Shown: positions 56,074 to 64,000 of the stretch, in pieces
Layout of the letters: the number at the start of each line of letters is the position of its first letter
Numbering within the stretch: position 1 is the first letter of the stretch
NCBI GenBank assembly: GCA_035403165.1
Contig: DAONEP010000006.1
Coordinates: forward strand, 1,496 to 65,495
Length of the DNA: 64,000 nt
Direction: 5' to 3'
From: Bacteroidales bacterium
GTDB taxonomy: Bacteria > Bacteroidota > Bacteroidia > Bacteroidales > UBA4417
Notes under the pieces: model-generated
Database searches by the model: none
What the model was told of the DNA's origin: nothing
The model's input: the letters and a program-made list of their open reading frames with translations, nothing else
Program-made: the position numbers and the translations under genes

Positions 56074-56294
56074 GATGCGGACGGCTACTTATGGCAGATT
56101 AATGACGAATTGGTTTCGGCCTGTGCAAAGTAGTCCGTTTTTGTGACAAAGATGCAATTTATCGGGAATAAAATTTGAATTTAAACTATTACTAACCGGC
56201 AGAATGAGTTGAGTAATTCAAAACAGGCCTCACCCCTGCCCCTCTCCCCGACAGGGCGGGGCAAGCCCTGAAGGCGAGGAACTGCCCTTTGAAC

Positions 56295-56327
56295 AGACCC
56301 TGAAGGTTTTTGAAACCTTCAGGGTCT
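56295..56327. repeat. 15-bp perfect inverted repeat (palindromic intergenic element)
   Basis: agaccctgaaggttt-ttg-aaaccttcagggtct. Confidence 0.7.
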
Positions 56328-56390
56328 AACGAGCCACCCGCACGAAGGGATCACGAATTAGAATTGTAAAATACCGGTTTTCGTGATAAT

Positions 56391-56582
56391 CCGTGTTCCG
56401 GCGATGCCCGTTTCGTGTAATTCGTGGTTAAGTTTTCTCCACGAATTTTCACGAATGAAACACGAATGGACACAAATTATTTTTTCAGATTGCCGGGGAG
56501 GCATTTCGTGGTAATTCGTGTTCCGGCGCAGCCTGATAAGTGTAATTCGTGGTTGCTTTTTCTCCACGAATTTTCACGAATT
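56391..56582. repeat. Two direct copies (about 66 nt, spaced 125 nt) of a CACGAAT-rich intergenic repeat
   Basis: Copy 1 reads cgtgttccggcg...gtgtaattcgtggttaagttttctccacgaattttcacgaat. Copy 2 reads cgtgttccggcg...gtgtaattcgtggttgctttttctccacgaattttcacgaat. Confidence 0.7.
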
Positions 56583-56606
56583 GAAAAATCATCGCTTTCG
56601 CCGAAG

Positions 56607-58664
56607 TTACCGTATCTCGCTGCCGCTGTCGAAAGGTTCGTCAGGCTGGACAAAGCTAAGCTTTCCTTCGCGGTTTTCGGCCATCAGGATCATTCCCTCC
56701 GATTCGATGCCTTTCAGTTTGCGGGGAGCCAGGTTGAGAAGGATCGTGACTTTTCGCCCGATGATCTCCTCCGGTTTATAATGCGCAGCAATGCCTGAAA
56801 CAACCGTGCGCTTATCAAGTCCCGTATCAACGGTGAGTTTTAGCAGTTTATCGGCCTTGGCGACTTTTTCGGCCGCCATAATGGTTCCCACCCGCAGGTC
56901 GAGTTTGGTGAAATCATCGAAGGTGATGGTTGGCTTTTGCGGCGATGGCTGCCACTGAGCCGCTTCATTGGCTTTTTTGGTGTCGAGAAGTTTCTGCACC
57001 TGCGCTTCCACCACCGAATCCTCTATCTTTTCGAACAGGAAAGCCGGAGCGTTCAAAGTATGTCCCGGAGCCAGGATACGGACGCTTCCTGCTTCTTTCC
57101 ATTTCAATGCGCCGATATTCAGCATTCCGGTAAGCTTGGCGGCTGTGAATGGCAGGAACGGCTCACACAGGCAGGAGAGGTTGGCGCAAATCTGCAGGGC
57201 GAGATTCAGGTTAGTGGCTACCCGGTCGGGATTGGCGGGAAAATTTTTCCACGGTTCGGTATCGGTCAGGTATTTGTTGCCGAGGCGGGCCAGGTTCATC
57301 AATTCGCCCAGCGCTTCGCGGAAACGGTAATTATCAATGCTTTCCGAAATTTTGCCGGGAAATTTGCCGATCTCCTCAACGACCTGTTTGTCGTAGTCAT
57401 CCAACGTATTGCAGGCAGGCGTCCTGCCGCCGAAATATTTATGCGTCAACACAAGGGTGCGGTTCACGAAATTGCCGAAAATAGCCAGCAACTCGCTGTT
57501 GTTCTTCAGTTGGAAGTCCTTCCAGGTGAAATCGTTGTCCTTGGTTTCGGGTGCATTGGCGGCCAGCACATAACGGAGCACATCCTGCTTGCCGGGCAAC
57601 TCTTCCAGGTATTCGTGCAGCCATACAGCCCAGTTACGCGACGTGGAAATTTTATCGCTTTCGAGATTCAGGAATTCGTTGGCCGGAACATTGTCGGGCA
57701 GAATGTAACTGCCTTCAGCCTTTAGCATTACCGGGAAGATGATGCAATGGAATACGATGTTGTCCTTGCCGATGAAATGGACCAGCTTGCTGTCGGACGA
57801 TTTCCAGTAAGGTTCCCAGTCTTTTCCTGTTTTCTGCGACCATTCGCGCGATGCCGAGATATATCCGATGGGAGCATCAAACCACACATACAGAACTTTA
57901 TCCCCGGCGCCTTCAACAGGCACTTTTACGCCCCAGTCGAGGTCGCGGGTTACGGCGCGCGGTTGCAGCCCGCCGTCGAGCCACGACTTGCATTGCCCGT
58001 AAACGTTGGTTTTCCAGTCTTCCTGGTGCGAGTCCAGGATCCACTCCCGAAGCCACCCTTCATATTGATCCAACGGCAGAAACCAATGTTTGGTTTCTTT
58101 CATCACGGGAGTATTCCCGCTGAGGGCCGATTTTGGGTTGATGAGTTCGGTAGGGCTGAGCGATGAACCGCAACTTTCGCACTGGTCGCCGTAAGCTTTT
58201 TCGAATCCGCATTTGGGACAGGTTCCGGTGATGTAACGGTCGGCAAGGAAGTGTTTTGCTTCCTCGTCGTAATACTGCTCACTGTATTTCTCGATGAAAT
58301 TACCCTGGTCGTAAAGTTTCCTGAAAAACTGCGAAGCCGTTTCATGATGCACCGGCGAAGAGGTCCTGCTGTAAATATCGAAGGAAATCCCCAGTTCCTC
58401 GAAGGATTTCCGGATCATTTCGTGGTACTTATCAACTACCTGCTGCGGTGTTAGGCCTTCCTTACGGGCGCGGATGGTGATGGGTACGCCATGCTCATCG
58501 CTTCCGCCAATGAATAAAACATCTTCGCCTTTCGACCGTAAATAGCGCACGTATATGTCGGCCGGGATGTAAACGCCGGCAAGGTGCCCGATGTGAATGG
58601 GACCGTTGGCATACGGCAACGCGGATGTAACCGTATATCGCTTATATTTGGACTGATCGCTCAT
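56607..58664 (-). CDS. metG: Methionine--tRNA ligase
   Basis: [17 protein letters not shown] is the HIGH motif. The zinc knuckle reads CPKCG...CESCG. KISTSRN is the KMSKS-like motif. A C-terminal tRNA-binding domain follows. I chose the start at Met21 of the track ORF. Confidence 0.95.
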   Translation of the reverse strand: MSDQSKYKRYTVTSALPYANGPIHIGHLAGVYIPADIYVRYLRSKGEDVLFIGGSDEHGVPITIRARKEGLTPQQVVDKYHEMIRKSFEELGISFDIYSRTSSPVHHETASQFFRKLYDQGNFIEKYSEQYYDEEAKHFLADRYITGTCPKCGFEKAYGDQCESCGSSLSPTELINPKSALSGNTPVMKETKHWFLPLDQYEGWLREWILDSHQEDWKTNVYGQCKSWLDGGLQPRAVTRDLDWGVKVPVEGAGDKVLYVWFDAPIGYISASREWSQKTGKDWEPYWKSSDSKLVHFIGKDNIVFHCIIFPVMLKAEGSYILPDNVPANEFLNLESDKISTSRNWAVWLHEYLEELPGKQDVLRYVLAANAPETKDNDFTWKDFQLKNNSELLAIFGNFVNRTLVLTHKYFGGRTPACNTLDDYDKQVVEEIGKFPGKISESIDNYRFREALGELMNLARLGNKYLTDTEPWKNFPANPDRVATNLNLALQICANLSCLCEPFLPFTAAKLTGMLNIGALKWKEAGSVRILAPGHTLNAPAFLFEKIEDSVVEAQVQKLLDTKKANEAAQWQPSPQKPTITFDDFTKLDLRVGTIMAAEKVAKADKLLKLTVDTGLDKRTVVSGIAAHYKPEEIIGRKVTILLNLAPRKLKGIESEGMILMAENREGKLSFVQPDEPFDSGSEIR

Positions 58665-59167
58665 GAGTTCGTAATAGATCGTGAAAAGAACGGCAAAGAT
58701 AAGGATTCTGTAAAAGAGGATCATAAACGTAATTTCAAAGAGCGTGAAATGGAGGTTGGGTGATTATAACTATCAACTGTCGGACATTGAGTTGTAACTG
58801 AAATGAAGGCCTGGAAAGGAAACCGGCATCTCCCTGAGTCCGGCAGCCCTGATTTCATTCAGGCGCCGGATACTGCGGTTCACGGCTAAACAACCGGGAT
58901 AAACGAAGTCGGTACAAACGAGCGTTCAAATTCTGGGGGCCTGAATTTCTTAATCCATTCAATCCGGATAATTTCGCCGGCAAACCGGCAGCCGGATACC
59001 CAAAGGCTGGCAGGGCGCACCCGCCCTTCAGATTTAATGTATTATCCGGTAAATCTGTTCAGTCAACGGTTTTTACAGGAAGATTTTCCGGTATTTCAGC
59101 CATTCAAAATACTATGCAAACACATTTCAAAATTTCTAACTTTGTAAATACCAATCATGCGGTTATT

Positions 59168-62100
59168 ATGAAACTTTTAAGAAATACTCTGTTACTCCTC
59201 CCTGCGCTGATTTTCCTGACCAGCAATCTTTCCGCTCAGAAACAGGTTAGTTCCCGTCAGCCTCAGACGCCCTTTGCCGGTTCTGCCCCGGAAATCAGTT
59301 ACCAGCCGGGATTGGATTATCCGGATTACCCGTTGCTGATTTTACCTGAATCATACCGGGGCCGGCAGCTTCCTTCATCCGTTGATAATTCTGCCTTGCC
59401 TTATATGCGGCCTGTATTCATGCAGCAGGGAGCCTCCTGCGGACAGGCTGCCAGCGTCGGCTATGATTTCTGCTATGAGATTGACAGGGTACGGGACCTT
59501 CCTGCCGATACCTCCATTAACCAATATCCCACACATTTTACCTGGAATTTCACCAGTACCGACGATGGAATGGTTGGCGGAGGCGTCAGCTATTTCCGCA
59601 CCTTTGAAATCCTGAGGTCTTACGGGTGCCCGAACGAAGCCGATTTCGGCCCTATCACCATGGATGACGACTATTACTGGATGAGCGGCTACGATAAATA
59701 CCTGGCTGCCATGCACAACCGCATCAGGATGGTCAATTCAATTAACGTAGGGACCCCGGAGGGACTGCTGACGCTCAAGCACTGGCTGAATGATCACCTC
59801 GAAGGGTCGGCAACAGGCGGATTAGCCAATTTTTATACTGGTTACGGATCGGTTATCCCTTTGCCTGCCAACACGCCCGAAGCCGGGAAAGGCGTTATTA
59901 CCAACTGGACGTCACCGGCCGTGCATGCGCTTACTATCGTTGGCTACAATGATTCCATACGGTATGATATCAACAAAGACGGGTTGTTCACCAACGATAT
60001 CGATATCAATTCCGACGGCATTGTGGATTTAAAGGACTGGGAGATTGGCGGTTATAAAATTGTTAACAGTTATGGAGAGGACTGGGCCAACTTTGGCTAT
60101 TCTTATGCACTTTACCGGTCTCTGGCACTGGATTACGGAGATGGCGGAATATGGAACAATGCGGCGCATGTGGTTACCGTGGAGCCGGACTATGCCCCGC
60201 TTTTAACCATGAAAATAAAGATCAGCCACAACAAACGGGGGCGTATACGCGTGAGGGCAGGCATCAGCGCCGATACCAGTTCTGCATATCCCGAAACAAT
60301 CACCGGCTTTTCCATCTTCAATTTTCAGGGAGGCGATTATTATATGTGCGGGGGAAACAGAGCCGCCGATAAAGAATTGGAATTCGGCCTGGACATTACG
60401 CCCCTGATCGGAGCAATGAAAACCGGCGCCCCTTCAAGAGTTTTCCTGCTTATTGACGAAAAAGACCCGGATAATACGGCAGAGGGCGATGTCAGCCAAT
60501 TCTCCGTCATCAGTTACCTTAATGATACGATAGAATATAACTGCGGTGATGCCCCTTCCCCCATCGTAAATAACAGTGAGACCATGTTTTCTGTTGTTTT
60601 GCCGGGCAATTTTCCGGTTCCCGTAATCACGCCGGAATACCTGCCTGCCGCCGTTGCCGGATTTCCATACAGCCAGCATCTTACTGCTTCTTCCGGATAT
60701 CCTCCCTATAAGTGGCAAATCCAGGAAACATACACCACTGCGATCAGCCAGGCGGATTATGTACCCGGTCAGGGACAACTTCTCAGCTTTCCGAATACTG
60801 CAAGCGGAATTGCCGTTTGTAAACTGCCCTTTGAATTTCCATTCTATGGGGAAAAATATGATACCATCCGGGTTCAAACCGATGGATACCTTTTTCTTGA
60901 AAACATCGAAGCGCCCTATCCCTATGTCCAGGATGAATCACTCTACCTTTCACAGATCAAGGCCATTTCGCCTTACATGAACCGGTTTCAGCAGATCACG
61001 GCTGCAGGAACGGGCGTCTGGTTTGAAGCCGATGCCTCGCACGCTGTTTTTACCTGGAAAGTGGACGGGGAAAGTTGCGATACCACCAAATCCGATAATT
61101 TTAAAGCGACCCTTTATCCTGACGGGAAAATTGAATTCTCCTATGGGGCGCTGGATATTCCGTTGACTCAGGGCGCGATTGCCGGCATCTCGAACGGGGA
61201 CGGCCTGAACTTCCAGTTTGGCGACCCTGATTTTGTGGCCCCATCTGCCTTGTACAGCCTGATTCCCGAAAAACTCCCCGGCGGACTTGCCATCAGCCCT
61301 GACGGTGTGATTTCGAGCGATACAGTGCAGGGCGATTTCTCGGCGAAAATGACCGTGGCGGTGACCGACAGCAGGAATATCCACTGTGTAAAACCCTATA
61401 CCCTGTCAACCGGCCCGATTGTGGAAACTTCCATCCGAAGCGGCGAAGATACAGTCATGGAACCCGGTGAAGAGGCCGTCATGTCGCTTCTGATCCATAA
61501 TCTTACCTCCGGAAACGTCCATAACCTGGAACTCAGGCTGCAATCCTTATCACCGCTGGTGGCCATATCGGATTCAACCGAAGAATGTTCAGATATCCCG
61601 AACGGCCTTGATCTGAACCTGGCTGATGCTTTCAGGTTCCGGGTCCCCGAAGCAGGCAGCCAGGGCCGTGATCTGAATTTCAAACTCAGACTCGCCTGGG
61701 ACAATCACTCGGCCGAGCAGTTGCTGACCTATTCGCAGGCCTTACAGGAATACGCCTTTTCCGGGCCTTTGATCATTGACGGGAATAACAAACGGCTGGA
61801 TGCAGGGGAGTCCTGCAAGCTTATATTCCGGGTTACTTACGGAGGGGCTCCCCCGGAAGATACCATCATGGGTAATATTTATACCGACGATCCCTATGTT
61901 TCGGTTTCAGAAACGTCGTTGGTGCCGTTCCTGAACCCCGGAGGCCACAGCAGTTATAAACTTGCGGAATGGAATGTCAAAGCCAACCCGCATACCCCCC
62001 CGGGCCGGCTCGTCAAATTTTCATTTGAAGGTATCCCGGGAAAGGGAGACACCATGCATGAAACTTTCAACCTGGGTATAGGTAAAACGCCTGTCGCAGT

Positions 62101-63226
62101 TATTGACCTGGATGGAAATAAAAATTCCGGGAGGCATATCATTGCCAGCATGGAGAAACTCAATGTAAACCCCGACCAGCTTTACTTCATCGACAGCGCT
62201 ATCTGTGATTATGATAATCTGTTTCTATGCCTGGGAACAAAACCGATTGCTAATTATCATGTGCTTACGGACGAAGAAGGCGCGTTTCTCGATTATTTTC
62301 TTAGCCAGGGGAACAATCTGTATATGGAAGGCGGGGCCACATTCGGGTACGACAAACAGCTTCCTGTTCATGAAAAATTCAGTGTGAAAGGAAAGAAACT
62401 AGCCTGGCCCTATCCTGCCGACAGTATTGCCGGAGATTCCTCAACTTTCGCCGAAGGCATTCATTTTATTTATAAAGGCGATAACCTGATGACGGATAAC
62501 CTGAACCCGCTGGATTCCGCCATTTCCATATTTACCGATGAAAACACGCACTATCACTTTACAGTAATTAATGATGCCTGTTCCTATCGCACGATAGCTT
62601 CATCCATTGAGTTTGGAGGGTTTTACCCCTACGGGGGATCGACAAGGGAAGAAATCATGAAACATTATCTTGACTTCTTCGGCTATAATTCTCAATCCCT
62701 GGCGGCAAACTTCGTGACGGACCACTACACTACCTGTGCAGGAACCTCTATGGAATTCAGGCCGAATTGCGCCGGTTCCCCTCTCACATATCATTGGACT
62801 TTCGAGGGAGGAATTCCGTCGGGATCAGAAGATCAGAACGCCTATGTAAGATGGGATGAACCGGGCATTTATGATGTAAGCCTCATCGTTACCGATTCGG
62901 TTACCAGCGATACGCTTGTCAGGGAAGGCCTCATCACGGTGCTGGACTGCAGCAGCATCCCGGAAGAAACCGTCGCTTTTGAACTTAACGCATATCCTAA
63001 TCCCGTTTCTCAACAGTTATATCTGAGGGCTAATACCAATTGTCCGGGATTTTACGAACTTTCCCTCACCGATCTGGTCGGCAGGAATATGCTCTCCGGG
63101 GAAGCATTCTTCCCAGCCGGTATTTCTGTGTACCCGGTTGATGTGTCGGGAATGAAGAAAGGCGTTTATATTTTGGTTCTCCGGAATAATCATACCCGGC
63201 TTACAAGAAAGATAGTTGTAAATTAG
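59168..63226 (+). CDS. Large secreted T9SS substrate with an N-terminal papain-like cysteine peptidase domain, a PKD domain and a T9SS C-terminal sorting domain
   Basis: The signal peptide reads MKLLRNTLLLLPALIFLTSNLSAQ. Papain-like motifs are QQGASCGQAASVGY, HALTIVGYND and VNSYGEDWANFGY. The PKD-like part reads YHWTFEGG...GIYDVSLIVTD. The C-terminus reads YPNPVSQQLYL...KGVYILVL. Confidence 0.8.
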   Translation: MKLLRNTLLLLPALIFLTSNLSAQKQVSSRQPQTPFAGSAPEISYQPGLDYPDYPLLILPESYRGRQLPSSVDNSALPYMRPVFMQQGASCGQAASVGYDFCYEIDRVRDLPADTSINQYPTHFTWNFTSTDDGMVGGGVSYFRTFEILRSYGCPNEADFGPITMDDDYYWMSGYDKYLAAMHNRIRMVNSINVGTPEGLLTLKHWLNDHLEGSATGGLANFYTGYGSVIPLPANTPEAGKGVITNWTSPAVHALTIVGYNDSIRYDINKDGLFTNDIDINSDGIVDLKDWEIGGYKIVNSYGEDWANFGYSYALYRSLALDYGDGGIWNNAAHVVTVEPDYAPLLTMKIKISHNKRGRIRVRAGISADTSSAYPETITGFSIFNFQGGDYYMCGGNRAADKELEFGLDITPLIGAMKTGAPSRVFLLIDEKDPDNTAEGDVSQFSVISYLNDTIEYNCGDAPSPIVNNSETMFSVVLPGNFPVPVITPEYLPAAVAGFPYSQHLTASSGYPPYKWQIQETYTTAISQADYVPGQGQLLSFPNTASGIAVCKLPFEFPFYGEKYDTIRVQTDGYLFLENIEAPYPYVQDESLYLSQIKAISPYMNRFQQITAAGTGVWFEADASHAVFTWKVDGESCDTTKSDNFKATLYPDGKIEFSYGALDIPLTQGAIAGISNGDGLNFQFGDPDFVAPSALYSLIPEKLPGGLAISPDGVISSDTVQGDFSAKMTVAVTDSRNIHCVKPYTLSTGPIVETSIRSGEDTVMEPGEEAVMSLLIHNLTSGNVHNLELRLQSLSPLVAISDSTEECSDIPNGLDLNLADAFRFRVPEAGSQGRDLNFKLRLAWDNHSAEQLLTYSQALQEYAFSGPLIIDGNNKRLDAGESCKLIFRVTYGGAPPEDTIMGNIYTDDPYVSVSETSLVPFLNPGGHSSYKLAEWNVKANPHTPPGRLVKFSFEGIPGKGDTMHETFNLGIGKTPVAVIDLDGNKNSGRHIIASMEKLNVNPDQLYFIDSAICDYDNLFLCLGTKPIANYHVLTDEEGAFLDYFLSQGNNLYMEGGATFGYDKQLPVHEKFSVKGKKLAWPYPADSIAGDSSTFAEGIHFIYKGDNLMTDNLNPLDSAISIFTDENTHYHFTVINDACSYRTIASSIEFGGFYPYGGSTREEIMKHYLDFFGYNSQSLAANFVTDHYTTCAGTSMEFRPNCAGSPLTYHWTFEGGIPSGSEDQNAYVRWDEPGIYDVSLIVTDSVTSDTLVREGLITVLDCSSIPEETVAFELNAYPNPVSQQLYLRANTNCPGFYELSLTDLVGRNMLSGEAFFPAGISVYPVDVSGMKKGVYILVLRNNHTRLTRKIVVN

Positions 63227-63264
63227 CCTCGTTTTTATCTGCATTAGTTTTTAACAGCCGACTC

Positions 63265-64000
63265 ATGATCACTCCTCCCTTCCTTAAATCCGGCGATACG
63301 GTTGCCATCGTTGCTCCGGGGCGGAAAGTGTCGCCCGCCGAAATGGAACCCGCTATCCGGCAGCTCAGGAGTTGGGGACTGAAGGTGATAACCGGACCGC
63401 ATCTGTTCGGCCAACAGGACCAATACTCGGGTAAGGATGAGGAGAGAGCTGCCGATCTGCAGTTGATGCTTGACGATGAAACAGTCCGTGCCATCATTTG
63501 TGCAAGGGGCGGCTATGGAACCGTCAGGATCGTCGACAGGCTTGATTTCGGTCTCTTTTCGAAAAATCCCAAATGGATTGTTGGTTACAGCGATATTACG
63601 GTCCTCCATTCTCACGTCAACAGGCAAACAGGCGTTGAAACACTCCATGCCACCATGCCCATCAATTTCCCTGCCGACGGATCGGAAAACGAGTCCACGC
63701 AATCGCTTCACGAAGCCCTGTGCGGCAAGGTCCCTGAATATGAAACAGGCCCATATCCGTTAAACAGGACAGGAAAAGCGAAAGGCATACTGACCGGCGG
63801 CAATCTTTCAATACTCTATGCCTTGAATGGCACTCCTTCGGACATGAATACCGACGGGAAAATCTTGTTTATCGAAGACCTTGACGAATATCTGTACCAC
63901 ATCGACCGCATGATGATGACGCTGAAACGCTCAGGGAAGCTCAATAATCTCGCCGGAATGATTGTCGGAGGAATGTCGAAAATGAACGATAACACGGTTC
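63265..64000 (+). CDS. LD-carboxypeptidase (peptidase S66), N-terminal part; the 3' end runs off the window
   Basis: My own translation gives MITPPFLKSGDTVAIVAPGRKVSPAE...AIICARGGYGTVRIVD...WIVGYSDITVLH (Ser nucleophile motif GYSD)...ILFIEDLDEYLYHIDRMM. It is not in the ORF track because no stop lies in the window. Confidence 0.85.
   Translation, partial: MITPPFLKSGDTVAIVAPGRKVSPAEMEPAIRQLRSWGLKVITGPHLFGQQDQYSGKDEERAADLQLMLDDETVRAIICARGGYGTVRIVDRLDFGLFSKNPKWIVGYSDITVLHSHVNRQTGVETLHATMPINFPADGSENESTQSLHEALCGKVPEYETGPYPLNRTGKAKGILTGGNLSILYALNGTPSDMNTDGKILFIEDLDEYLYHIDRMMMTLKRSGKLNNLAGMIVGGMSKMNDNTV

Overview
This is a chromosomal segment of a Bacteroidota-type genome. Supporting signs are T9SS C-terminal sorting domains, TAnnTTTG-like promoter boxes and GH127/GH2 glycan genes. 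Backbone GC is roughly 50% by eye.

Left part (1-18.5 kb): PBP2, a DUF3109-like protein, and an Fnr/Crp-like regulator divergent from a DsrC + DsrM-like + DsrK/HdrD-like cluster. These are followed by a cysteine desulfurase, GlyRS, and an arabinofuranoside-type cluster (SSF symporter, Nudix/NrtR-type regulator, two DUF1680/GH127-like enzymes, GH2).

Middle part (about 18.7-41.3 kb): an all-minus-strand defence island of patchwork base composition. It contains:
- A frameshifted YoeB toxin with an intact YefM-like antitoxin.
- A very AT-rich, translationally coupled three-gene operon: an Upf1-like SF1 helicase, a 1763-aa protein (about 20 W-D-W repeats, a DarT-like ADP-ribosyltransferase and an HD domain), and a DarG-like macrodomain protein. 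This is my best candidate for an undescribed system.
- A catalytically inactive pAgo coupled to an SF2 helicase/PD-(D/E)xK nuclease (DdmDE-like or type III Res-like).
- An HTH-ImmA/PIN pair.
- An AlbA_2-type protein.
- A 1024-aa beta-class DNA methyltransferase with an AT-rich internal cassette and an in-frame palindromic mini-repeat.

Right part (41.3-64 kb): an excisionase-like HTH gene, hypothetical genes and a paralogous gene pair. A 7.3-kb segment follows, bracketed by a roughly 190-bp duplication of the pth 3' end. That segment holds a LytS-type kinase, a LytTR regulator, a T9SS protein with 8 x 219-bp tandem repeats, and an IS21 istB remnant. After it come pth, L25/Ctc, prs, DedA, metG, a large T9SS papain-like peptidase and a partial LD-carboxypeptidase.

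I found no rRNA, tRNA, CRISPR array or integrase. All family assignments come from motif recognition by eye, not from database searches.
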